From Tubulanus polymorphus (lineage: Eukaryota; Animalia; Nemertea): DNA of 64,000 bases. The position numbers and the translations under genes are program-made. Under the pieces are notes generated by a model. That model ran no database searches. It was not told the DNA's origin and saw nothing but the letters and a program-made list of their open reading frames with translations. Positions 14,301 through 25,430 of the stretch are shown in pieces. Where the stretch lies: NCBI RefSeq assembly GCF_964204645.1, contig NC_134035.1:8836451-8900450 (forward strand). Direction: 5' to 3'. The first letter of the stretch is position 1; each line of letters starts with the position of its first letter.

Positions 14301-15151
14301 GATGATTGATATCTATCCCATATTACTGATTTAGACGTGTTTCTTCAGTTTGCGGCAGTCTCCTATTTTCTAAAACTACCGTGTTGTCAAATTTCAATCC
14401 AGCATATACACTGTGTTTTATATATCCTGGCAGACGACCTAGAAAAAGTAAAGCCTGGCGGTGCGCACGTGGGCGATGTTTTCGAGCAATTCTCAAGTAG
14501 AGTTGCCATGTATGTGTGTGCAGCTGGAGATGCCAAGCAACTCACGAACTAGCCAATGAGTGAGCGAATAATTATCATGTGATACTTCCAAATATGGCGA
14601 CTTGCGGGGCAGAGCGCGACCATATTGACAAGTCACATGATATAGATATTTGCCCGGAAAAATAATCGCCTCTCCAGTGATAGCACACGGGAGATGCCAA
14701 GCACTCGATTGCTCAATAGACTACCCCAAAATCGATACAGTCGGGACCTCGAAATCGTTTTTTAACTTATTAGAAAAAAACTGAATAAGAAACAAGAAAT
14801 AACAAATAAGAAAAGTCTGGGTAGTGTTAAGGATAGAAATTTGCTTACAAAACCAATGAATTAATAGTTTACCGAGATAAACTGTACCGATTTAGTAGGA
14901 GTCAATTGTAATAAGGATATGAAAGCGATGAAGCAGATGCTTTCTCGAAATTGATCTCCTTTAAAATTCTTGAAAACTCTTTATATCCAGGAATAACTGA
15001 TCCGTAGCGTCCATGTACTAATGTTTGATTTTGTCACTATTTTCAGGTGCTCGGACTCATATTCTCGATCGTTTTGTGTTGCGCGTTGTGCAAAGACAAT
15101 TCGTACTCGTACGACAAACACGGCGAGTATATGTACAGTAAGGCCAATTAG
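5343..15151 (+). CDS. Tetraspanin (6-Cys EC2 type), 3' partial; TM1-TM2 exons not found in the window
   Basis: Phase-0 GT-AG exons: 5343-5417 (TM3, FFIFLFLILCGEISAGVLAFLYNQR), 11727-11822, 12563-12754 (LECCG...DW...LPKTCC...C), 13970-14053 (GCGPKL...GVASIQ), 15047-15151 (VLGLIFSIVLCC...SKAN*). CCG, PxxCC and GC are the tetraspanin EC2 signatures. Confidence 0.93.
6526..6692. mobile_element. MITE with CAGTG...CACTG TIRs, 5-bp TSD ATTTT; second copy at about 10264-10419
   Basis: TIR CAGTGTTTTCAGTAAG / CTTATTGAAATCACTG; the internal sequence is closely similar to the 10264 copy. Confidence 0.75.
7226..7365. mobile_element. PIF/Harbinger (Tourist)-like MITE, TSD CAG
   Basis: GGGCCAGTTGCACAGTCATG...CATGACTATGCAACTGGCCC flanked by CAG on both sides. 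Confidence 0.8.
11185..11401. mobile_element. hAT-like MITE, 5-bp TSD TGAGA/CGAGA
   Basis: Inverted ends CAGGGGCGGA and TCCGCCCCTG. Confidence 0.7.
11979..12308. mobile_element. Non-autonomous TIR element with internal TTGGGAA repeats
   Basis: Perfect 14-bp TIR CATGGTTCCCACAG / CTGTGGGAACCATG. Confidence 0.75.
12696..13138 (+). repeat. Tandem duplication (about 220 bp) of the tetraspanin EC2 exon 3' end, splice donor and intronic MITE
   Basis: 12696-12915 and 12916-13138 align; both carry CATCAAGTG|GTAAGC. Confidence 0.9.
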
Positions 15152-15205
15152 CAATTAAGGTCTCGTCGACAATGTGAGGAAGAATGGAGGGTCACGAGTC
15201 TATGA
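15149..15205 (+). other. Candidate stop-codon readthrough signal (TAG-CAA-TTA) and in-frame extension QLRSRRQCEEEWRVTSL*
   Basis: TAG 15149-15151 is followed directly by CAATTA; the frame stays open to TGA 15203-15205. Confidence 0.65.
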
Positions 15206-18200
15206 CCTCCGGCATACAAGTAGATTATTATTACAATTAATATTATTATTAGATACATCGGAATAAACCGCAGCAGCAGCAGCCGCTAGTTACTAGAATC
15301 CTACAGCACCGACTGAACTATCGATCGACTATAGATTAATAGTGAAATTGAATTAATATAGGGAGATTGTTTTTGCCGCCCTTTGGACTTCATTGGATTT
15401 CATCTACGATTAGTGTGAATCCAGACCGCAAGCGACCGGCGACAGACGTTCTGCTAGTAGATACTCTTTAGATAGAATCGCAAGCAACGACACCTCGTTA
15501 GGACTTATATTAAACGATATTATTACGTCGGTTTTTGCCTTCGCTCTTTGCGCGGGCGCGTGCGCGCGTGGAAAAAGAGACGAAAAACTGTTTAAAAAAT
15601 CGTACAACGTATAACTTTGCTGAAAAACACTACTTTAACTACTATTGATTTGTACAGAAATGCTTTTATTATAAATGTACGATGTCTGAATATGTATGTA
15701 TATATGTATGATGTATACTCAGGCCAGATTATTCTTATATTTGATATATATATGTAGAAAACAAGTAGCCAGCTGGCCCTGATGATCCTTCAAATCCTGC
15801 ATGTACTACTTCGATTTCGCTGTGCTATACGAAACACACACACGACGTACAAAGTGGATTCTAATGAACGGAAATTTGCGGACGCATTCTCTGTTTCAGT
15901 CATTTCGACGCACTTCAAGTTACTGACACATATTTGCATTTCGGAAATGATGATGTTAACATCCATATCGATGTGTCGGTAAATGCTTATTCAATTAGAA
16001 AAACGATTATGAATTATTCCTTTCAAAGAGAATTGTTATTCTAAAGATTTGAGTTGTGTATATGACTAAATATCTATATATTACAAAGGACTGATTAATG
16101 GGTGTTGACCGGGTGGGCTGGTCCACCCCCTTAAAATTCGAATATGCCCCCCAGAAAATCTGGAAAAGATTTTTTGCAAAGAAAATTATAAAAAGACCTA
16201 AGTAAATCTAAACGGGCCTGATAAGGACCAGAAAGCCCCTCTTCCTCTTAGATTTTCTGTGGGAAAGCCTGCGAAGTTTTGCTTGCACCCCTCGCATTGC
16301 CAAATCTGCCCTTTTCAAACTAAGTGCCCATTTCAATTTTCAAATGTGATGGGAAATTGATGTGAATTATCTAAATTAGACTATTGAATCGACGTTATGA
16401 AAGAAGAAACTGATTTCGATTACCTGGACCTGGTTCCACATTCTCGCGTTTTATTTTTCCCTCAAGAATTCTGCATTTAAATAAAAACTACCTGGTAATT
16501 TAGATAGTTTAATCCAACTCGCAACTGTGGAACTCGGTCCAGCTGTGCTATTATGTCTCGGAATCGATCGGTAAACGTTTTTGAACGTAGTTGAATCAAA
16601 TCAAAATTTTTATACGCGTAATCGAAAGAATGTTTAGAATTGATTTTAGAAATATTGCGTTATTTATATTTTCATATGTTTTCAAAGTACTTATACATTC
16701 TAGCTTTACTAGCGCAGTCCTCTCATCATTCCTGTACAATTTCATCCCTAGAAATCATTCCGTTATAAAGATTTTATATATTCGTGAACTTTTATTACGA
16801 TGAATGATAGATTCAGAACTGCTTTTTTTTTCTGGAGATGATATTTTTGGAAATCTAAAAGATCGTGTGCTTTTCGCTGAAAATCATTCCTGGATATAGA
16901 TTTTTATTATCGAAAATGGTCATAATGGGAACAAACGTTTTTATCTGGATAAGGCTGTGGCCTACTGACGTTTCTGTGTTTAATTGAGGTATCATTTTCG
17001 GAAAATTTTCCTTTTCTCGGATGACGAAGTCTGGGTTTTTTCGAACATTGCCATTTAACTTCAGTAGACTCCACTCAAGTGCAATCTATGACAAGGGTTC
17101 TTTAGACCATCTTTTAAAGAATATTATTATAAGTTGGATTACGGATTTGATGGACTTAAAACAATTAGAAAAATTGTTTTTCTTAAAAAAATCATTACTC
17201 AAAGAATTCATTACTAATTAAGCGATCAGGGAGGGGAATTTGGAAAAAAATTTCATATCTATGCTCAAAAATGAGGGAGTGGTGGGAAAAAATGAAAATT
17301 AAATTTTTTATTCCTAAAATCGGAAAAGTTCATCGGCGGATGGGTAATCCAACTTATTAAAAAAAACCAGCCTAAATTTGTCTGACTTCAGTGATATCTG
17401 AGTGTATCAGAAAAATATTCAAACCACTATTCCAATCGAACAGTGATCCGAAATCGGTCAGATCCGACTTGAGCAGAGTCTATTACTGTAGTTCATAGAT
17501 TGTTATTTTTAGTAAATGATAAGTCTCTGAAATCGTATTTGTACAGAATGTTAAACTCGATGACTCTTCCTTGCAGTTCTTCGGCGAAGTTTCGCTGCGC
17601 AGAAAAAACCAATTGATCTAAAATGAAATAAATTTGGCTCAACGGTGAAACTTATCTGAGAACTACGTGGATCCTCAATCCAGATATGAATATGTTAATC
17701 CCTGTGCATGTATATAGAACCTGTATAAATGTTACAAATTTGTCGACTAGGATCATATTTGTTTTCGAAATTCGACGGTACATTCTAATTTGATTACTAG
17801 AACTATTACGATATTATTTTTCGTTACGAAGCTCTGATCTAATTGTATATCGATACTATATTTATATTATTTAAAACTACCCTGGTATTTTCAGATTGAT
17901 TGATTTTAGATACTCAACGACTGTGCAATAGATGGAAAAATAACTCATTTATCTAGATATGAAACGCATTTTGTTCAAGAATATTTGAAAAATTTAACTG
18001 TAGCTAAAAAGACATCGTTTAAATGTAGCTATTCGTATTATGAATATTATCAACTATAGCATTTCATTGAATTCCTAATGTGCTTTACGTCAAAAAAAGT
18101 CTAGAATGAAATTGTTGCACAAATTCATATTTTAGCTTTTACTATAAAAAAGCACTGGCGGCTATGAGGTTTTTTTTACTAGAATTCTCTCTACCTTTAT

Positions 18201-18747
18201 AGTAAATATGTAAAAAAAATGTGGAAGAAATTGTATAAATTTACACATTTTTATTTTTATTAGAGTATGTATTTCTACATGTAAATGAGGTATTATATAT
18301 GCTTGAACTATTAGGCAAATTTCAGTCAGCGCTGTTCGAAATATAATCCAACAGAACACTTCGTAATCATCATCAGGCATTATTTGCTCATTTGCATGAT
18401 TTTATTCTTGACTTGACAATCTCCGCGTATTATATGAAATATGCACCATTGAAGTGAAATGATACAGCTTCATTGTAGTTTATTTGTTTGATGAGAACTA
18501 TGATATCTGTGGTGACTCTATTCAGTCACTTGAGCTGTTCCTCTTACAGAGACCTTCCTTAAAGCTGGAAGACATCTTCCTTAAAGCTGGAAGACATCTC
18601 TTCGAATATGCAGCTTGGACCCTGCACCCTGCTTACATTCAGGGCATCTCAAGCATTTTCTTCATCGAAAATGAATTACTAAAAACAAGAATGATATACT
18701 AAAAACAAGAAAGACGTTTCATCAGCTATTTAAACGATATGATGTAA

Positions 18748-19045
18748 GGCATCCCCGGCAGGGAGTCGAACCTGAAAGCATTGAGACTGCCACAGTATGA
18801 AACCCTACCACTCTAGACTGAGTGCGCAGCTTAGATGATGTCATTATTAGCCAATCAGATATCCCGTTTTATTTTTTCCATTTATATGATTATACAATAA
18901 GAAATCTGATTGGTGCCGCAAGTTTTCACGCAGTAAACCTGCATACCTCGTTAAGTGTGGCAGGGTTTCGTGCTGCTGCCAAGTCTGAATGCCTGCTGAG
19001 GGAGGATGGATTCAAAGTGGTTTATACCAGCAGGTTTAAACCTGC
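18748..19045. mobile_element. Dispersed repeat with long inverted ends; opposite-orientation copy at about 51565-51840
   Basis: Shared CCCCGGCAGGGA..GAACCTG end; the internal segments of the two copies are reverse complements. Confidence 0.6.
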
Positions 19046-20972
19046 AGAATGGCGAACTAAGGTTTTATGTATCTAAAATATGACTGATCATTTACCATAT
19101 GATATTAAGAGGATTTAAACAGATTTATATTTAGAATCGCTCATCAGCTGTCTCTGGTTTTATTCTTGTTTTATTTGCATGTGTGATGAAATTGTTACTA
19201 ATTCGAAGATTAATTTACTCTTTAGTTAGTTGCTTATTATGATTAACTTCCCGTGCTGTTTTTTTGTTTTTAATCATGAGTTTATCAATGTATATTTCAA
19301 TAAAATGTGCAATTGTGTAAAGATATTTTCTGATGTTTTCTATCTCCTTTATCCATGCGGGTTTATTGGTTTTAATAGCTTCTTAAAACTAAGAAATTAA
19401 CTATTGAAAATACTGGATGCAGAAATTGATGTCCATGGTCGACAATACCCGCTAAAAGATAACAACATAATAATCGCTTGTCAGAGTCTTTAAGCGGCCA
19501 TTGTGGCTGATTCGAGCCAAATGTTTTAAAAGGTCCTTGCAATATATATGCTATGCAAAAAAAAATATATTGCCTCGTTTCTTCGACGCGAAAAAACGAA
19601 AATTTCAAGCGAAAAAACACCAAAATGAGCGCAAAAAAAGAACTTTAGTTTCTTCGCGGAAGTGATTTCTCGTTCCTTCGCCCGACAGATTCGAAACGAA
19701 CGTCATTTCTTCTTTCGTTTCTTCGCCGCAAGAAACGAAAATTACCACGCGCCAAAATGCGAGAAGAAACGGAGCAAATATATTTTTGCATGGCATATTG
19801 CAAGGAATTTTTTTTTTAACTTGGCCCGAATCAGCCACCGCACGTAGATTTGCGAGACGGATTCCGAAAAAAAACATTAAAACAGCACCGAAACTACAAC
19901 TGGCAATTTCTCTTTTAAAAGGATCGAACAGAGTAAAGTACGTTTTAAAAGAAGTAAATTTGTCTGGGTATATATTTCTATTTTTGTTGTGGAGAGGGTT
20001 GGTGATTTTGTCGTTTTGGATGATTCGAGTAAGTATCGTTACCTGAAAAAGGAAGACATGGAAATTTAATTTGAAATCTAGTAGACTTAGATGCCACTTG
20101 TCTGTTTTGTACGTTATAAGGAAATTCAAATTGTGCTACTATTTTCGTTCACAGAAATTCCGCCATCGTTATTTGTAGGGGCAGCACTGAAGGGCCGAGG
20201 TCTAACAGTCTCACCACTTTTCTGTGGCATGCGAGGAATACGGATACTTTCTTTAGTCAAATTTCATTCATCGTCCAACACTAACTCATTTTGAATTATG
20301 TATTGTGTCAATTTGTAAGCTTAATTTTGAGTGGAATATACTTTTAAAAATGACATTTAAGCCATTTTTTATTGGAACTCTTTTCTCAGCGGATGTGTTA
20401 TAGCATCCGAAAAGCGACAGACTCACACGCCAGAGGAAGAATTTAAAGCAAATTTAATTTTCTTGTGACAGAGTAGCTTGCACTTGTCTCAGATCTCATG
20501 GACCAATAAATTTCATTTGTAAAGGATTCAATCTCGATTAAGACTCGATACCGACATTTTGACAAGTGCAGCGTGGCAATCTGGGACACTATGACGTCAT
20601 AAGTTGTTGCTGAAAATCCCCAAATCTTGAAAGAAGGTAAAAATCCCCACTTGACTTTGACTTGATTTTCCAGTATATTTCAAAGCAACATTTCATTTGC
20701 AATAACTGCAATATATTTGAACTGTGCAATGAAAGCTTTCGTTACGATGAATTATTACAATCAACAAAATTAACGAACCTTTTATTTGTGATATTTTCTA
20801 ATTCGAACTGGAATATTTATGAACTTAGGACTCATTAAACTTGAATAGGTCTGGTGCAGAATTTCCGAAAATTTGTTTCTTTTTTTTTAAATGCTGAAAT
20901 GACGCCTACCAGTCCTGCTTGGTCACTTAAGTGGGTATAAATTATAAGGGGAGAAAAAATATCTTTTTGGCC

Positions 20973-22055
20973 TTAGTTTCGTTGACATTTGGGGGGAACG
21001 GCCTTGACATCGTTTCGGAATCGTTTTCCGCCTCCTACACAGTACAGTAAGAAGTTTATACCATGGTTTACGTACAGCAGACCGGGAAGAATTTTGTCCA
21101 TGATTCTGTCCTTGCTATAAGACAATGAGTTAGTTGCACGGCGAGGCGGGAGGAGACGGGTCGACAGCCTGCGCACTAATATCCGCACTGTACGCGGAGC
21201 GACCAGACCGTGAATAACCGGGTATATTTTTTCCCTCTTTTTGAGCTGTTTTACTCGTTAAAATGTACCGCTTTTCCGTAGAAATAAATTAAAATTGAAC
21301 GTAATCGACACAAACAACAAGCTACGAGTGATTTGCTGTTGTAAACGTCGTTTGTCTGCTGCGCCAGAACTCGTCATTTGCCGATGTTTTCTCAAACTCA
21401 GGAAAATCATATTGGCTATGATAATTAGCACGCACGGTCCGAAAGCTAATTTCAGAATACCGGTCGGCGACCAATGCGTCATCGTTGCCTAAGTACGCCG
21501 AACACGCATAAATTCCCGCCCGAGGCCGCGTCGAGTGTCGTGCTGGAAAAGAAAAACGAAGGTATATGTCTCACGGACACACCGACGACCGTGTAGATAA
21601 CAAGAACCGATATGCGAGCGTTTATCATCGTATAAATCTGCGAAACTTTTAACGGCATCAGGATCGCCACACAGCGCTCGGCCGTCATCAGAAACACCAT
21701 CCAAGCGGCTGATGTGACACCGAGGTTACCGAGAAACACGCCCAGCTGACAATAGAACACGCGGATGTTGGGTGTCGTGAATCCGAGCCGTCGACAGATA
21801 GCCTAATCGTGAAGGAAAGCCAACAACAGAATCGTATCGACTATCGCCAGGTTCGCCACCAAGCAACTCATAGTCAGACACCGGTTCTCCTTATCGTCAT
21901 CACCGCAAACGATTAACAGTTACCGATAACGCTGGGTATGGCTAAAGCGAGGCTGATGATAAGTCGGGCTGTATCGACGACTGCTGTGTCGCATGCGGTC
22001 GTATTGAGTACCACGGCTACAGTAGTACCGGTAATCGCTCGCTCTCGGACCTCAT
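20973..22055 (-). pseudogene. Intronless rhodopsin-class peptide GPCR pseudogene (FMRFamide/sex-peptide-receptor-like)
   Basis: TM1 IPSVIGNC*, TM2 NLAIVDTILL, TM3 WMVFLMTAERCVAILMPLK, TM5 FGPCVLIIIAN, TM7 NHGINFLLYCVGGGKRFR. In-frame stops and several frameshifts split it across three ORFs. Confidence 0.85.
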
Positions 22056-22635
22056 ATTGTAGAGTCAGTCAATCTCAGCGCAGTTGGCAATCTATGATAT
22101 ACGACCAATTAAAACTGATACTGATACTGACACTGAAACCGGAACATACAACACACCTTCCCGAGATCAATTTAACGAAAAGTGTCACGGTTCGCCAGTT
22201 CTTAGTATAGTTGGATTTCGGCCGATCAGGTCGGAGATCATTCGATATTCAACAGCAGATTTGAAAATTAAATATGAAGTGAATTTGTGTTTCTGTGGTA
22301 TTTGGTTCCGGCAATATGTTGAACACATGCATTATTCAGTCAGTACGTCATAAATCTGTGTCTCTTCTATTTGCTGGTCTGTCTCATCGAAGATAGACAC
22401 CGATAACCAGTCTATTATTGCACTCAAATCCTTCTGTGGCATGTGAGTAACCAGTCCGTCGTTAACTGCATTTCCAAGGTCGTTGAGCTTAACATTTATT
22501 TCCCGGGTTATACGACTTAAAATTGACTTTAACTCTTCAAAAATTTGCCTTTTAGCTTGAATTGAGGTTGGATTTTTCAATATTCTTAATCCTTTTTATT
22601 TGGCCATGAAAAATTGTGAATTGTGAAAAACCGTG

Positions 22636-24712
22636 GGCGCTATTGCACTTTCGTACCCCCCTCCCAAAAATGTTTATTTTAGCATATTATTTATCAGTGA
22701 GGTCTTAGGAATAAAAATCAGTAATTTTTATCCAAAAAAACTTACTTTTTTTGGGTCAAAATTTTAATATTTTGGGCCTGAATTAGAGCCGTTTTTTGAC
22801 CGAATGAGACGCCATATTGGTTTCTCCGACTCCACAGTCGTGCTAACTACCCCCGAAAACCGTCCTATGGAGCACTCCCACTTTCGGTCAGAGAAAACTG
22901 CGGGATCGTGGTTTTCGGGAGTGTTACAACTCGTGTATTTTCATATGGATTATTTCAATGAAGCAAGCTAGTGGTTCAGGCATAGCCAGCCATTTCTTGG
23001 ATATTTAGGTTGGCCCTTAAAAGGGCCGTTTTGACGGGAGGATGACAGAGGGACTAGACGACTAGACGACATAAAGATCAGTTGCTATCTGATTCCAAAA
23101 GTTGAAATAGGCATGATCACCAAAACGTTGGACCCACATGAATTCGGCTAGGTAATCGGGTATCATCGCGCGATTTGACGGACCAGCCATCGCTTTAAAT
23201 TTCGCCTTGGCTCGCTGCCACATCGCCTCCACACGGTTTGTCGTTACGGCTGTGGCTGGGTCGACGAAGTTGTTATGGTTGACTGTGCCGTGTTGGTACC
23301 CCAGCTGGCCAATCTGATTATATGCCTGCCACATATCAGACCATATGGTGGAGCCGGGACGAATCCATCGTTGTATGATTGGCAACAGCGTGGCAGCATC
23401 TCTCCTGGGTACCGGTACAAGGAAACCTTGTTTCGTCTCTGCCTCGTAGCCACCGAATATCCACTGCTCCGCCACGATTCGTCCCTGGTTATATTTTCGC
23501 CGAGCAAAAAGAGATTCGTCTATTTCTACCAGTCTACCTGGTCCACCAAGCTGTGTCGGATGATTTACGAAGTAGGACACACAGACATCGCGGCAGAACT
23601 GATTCCAATCGACGATGGTATGCTCCGACTGTATTTCAAGCTCGTGCATGGTGTCGGCAACACTCATGCCACGGCTTGAACCAGCACTTCGGCTCCAGAT
23701 GTAGGTGAGCCCCAGCAGCTGCCACAAGTGAAGATGCGACTTCTCGAAAAAACTCCCACGTCGAATACTAAAAACTCGCTTGCATCGTCGTGCTGTACAT
23801 CTCCAAGCCACTCCGTCGACGTAACGCGCCATACCCTGTTCTCGGCATTGGCCTCCGCAGTTTGGACACACCATATTATTCGCCAGCAGGCCATGCTGTC
23901 TACACCAGCCGATCGTGTGTTCTCTGTCATCCTTGAAATTCGCGCCGATTTGAATCAACGAAACAAAGTCGAACTCTGCCAAATCTGGAACGCGGGCCAT
24001 CTTCTCGCAGAAATAAGACGTTATGAACGAATTGAGCAGACCCATGACGACTTATATACTATTCACCCGTGAGAAAATCCAGAAGTCTCACGGCCACCAG
24101 CACCGGGATTGCCTCATGTAAAGTCTTTGATCCTGGCTTGATTGACATGGGAACCAGTAACCCTTCCGATTTTTGTCACGTACGCAGAAGAAAATACATT
24201 CAAATTAAAAAATAAAATGCTCTAATTGCTGCAGAAAAAGAATAAACAAGTAGATGATACAAATTATAGCTTTGTTTATATTTTTCAAATGTATATTACA
24301 TATGTTCTATTTTTAAGAATCTGGTCACAGTTTGAAAATATTATAAACTTTATTTAACCGATCCCAATTAGCAAACGATGCGTGGGCGGGTTGCAGCGCT
24401 TGACATGTGTCAATCGGCGCGCGTCGCACGTGTCCGTTCGGTGACCGTAGCCGGAGCGCTCCATACGTGGGAGTGCTCCATAGGACGGTTTTCGGGGGTA
24501 GTTAGCACGACTGTGGAGTCGGAGAAACCAATATGGCGTCCCATTCGGTCGAAAAACGGCTCTAATTCAGGCCCAAAATATTAAAATTTTGACCCAAAAA
24601 AAGTAAGTTTTTTTGGATAAAAATTACTGATTTTTATTCCTAAGACCTCACTGATAAATAATATGCTAAAATAAACATTTTTGGGAGGGGGGTACGAAAG
24701 TGCAATAGCGCC
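22636..24712 (-). mobile_element. Merlin (IS1595/IS1016-type) DNA transposon, apparently full length
   Basis: TIRs 22636-22881 and 24467-24712 (246 bp, 2 mismatches seen) begin GGCGCTATTGCAC. Perfect 8-bp TSD AAACCGTG at 22628-22635 and 24713-24720. Internal transposase ORF. Confidence 0.95.
23062..24045 (-). CDS. Merlin/ISXO2-like DDE transposase (327 aa; the start may be the second Met, MARVPD)
   Basis: Zn ribbon CPNC...WRC...C; catalytic motifs VEIDES, IWSDMWQAY, HGTVNH.NFVDP, TNRVEAMW and YLAEFMW; uninterrupted ORF. Confidence 0.93.
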   Translation of the reverse strand: MGLLNSFITSYFCEKMARVPDLAEFDFVSLIQIGANFKDDREHTIGWCRQHGLLANNMVCPNCGGQCREQGMARYVDGVAWRCTARRCKRVFSIRRGSFFEKSHLHLWQLLGLTYIWSRSAGSSRGMSVADTMHELEIQSEHTIVDWNQFCRDVCVSYFVNHPTQLGGPGRLVEIDESLFARRKYNQGRIVAEQWIFGGYEAETKQGFLVPVPRRDAATLLPIIQRWIRPGSTIWSDMWQAYNQIGQLGYQHGTVNHNNFVDPATAVTTNRVEAMWQRAKAKFKAMAGPSNRAMIPDYLAEFMWVQRFGDHAYFNFWNQIATDLYVV

Positions 24713-24915
24713 AAACCGTGGCCAGAATCGTGGTCGGCGCAGTACAAACTAAAGTCTAACTCATTAGCAAATTAAGCCCCTCTACTCGACTCAATCGTCA
24801 ACGATGTACCCGGCCTAGGTTGTGCTGCAGTGGTTAGTCGCTTTACTGATTAGGAATGGGTTGAGACTCCAGAAACGTCCATTCCAGTCGTAAAATCATC
24901 CCTATATGCAACAAT

Positions 24916-25202
24916 CAATGGCGGATCCCCCCCCCCTATTGGCTATTTTTTCAAGCCACTAGTAACTAACTGGATGTAGCTGCAAATTCAAATTGCTTTA
25001 TGGAGGATTGACCGAATCTTCATCATCAAATGAATTATTTTCTTTCTATTAGTGCAAAATATGCTCTGAATGCCCCTCATTGCAGCTGTTTTTCCAAAAT
25101 GTTCTTGAAATGGCTCTGCACCTTCAGCACTCGTGCTGGAATGGCTTGGCCACCCATTTGATTTCATTTGCACCCCTTCTCAAAATGCTGGATCCGCCCC
25201 TG
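24916..25202. mobile_element. hAT-like MITE upstream of the STRA8-like start codon, 5-bp TSD ACAAT/ATAAT
   Basis: Ends CAATGGCGGATCC and GGATCCGCCCCTG. Confidence 0.6.
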
Positions 25203-25430
25203 ATAATTACATTCACTTTTGTGCTAATTTGGCATTATTGTACTCCAGTAAATGCAATATTGCCAACCTTGTCAGCATGCAAAATCGGATATTTTCACAA
25301 TCCACAATTGCCGTTTGGTATTAGCCTACCAACAATCAAGAAGTTTACAAACTAATATGATTTAAAAAAGGTTCGATTCCCGATTTTTCACTGATTTCAT
25401 AGAATCAACGCTGCCAATCCCCGGACCGCG

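Noticed and set aside
19372-20294. Overlapping 60-174-aa ORFs on both strands
   Set aside because: Low-complexity, repeat-like DNA with no domain or splice support.
24720-25430. Retinoic-acid response element upstream of the STRA8-like gene
   Set aside because: No convincing paired RGKTCA direct repeat seen by eye.
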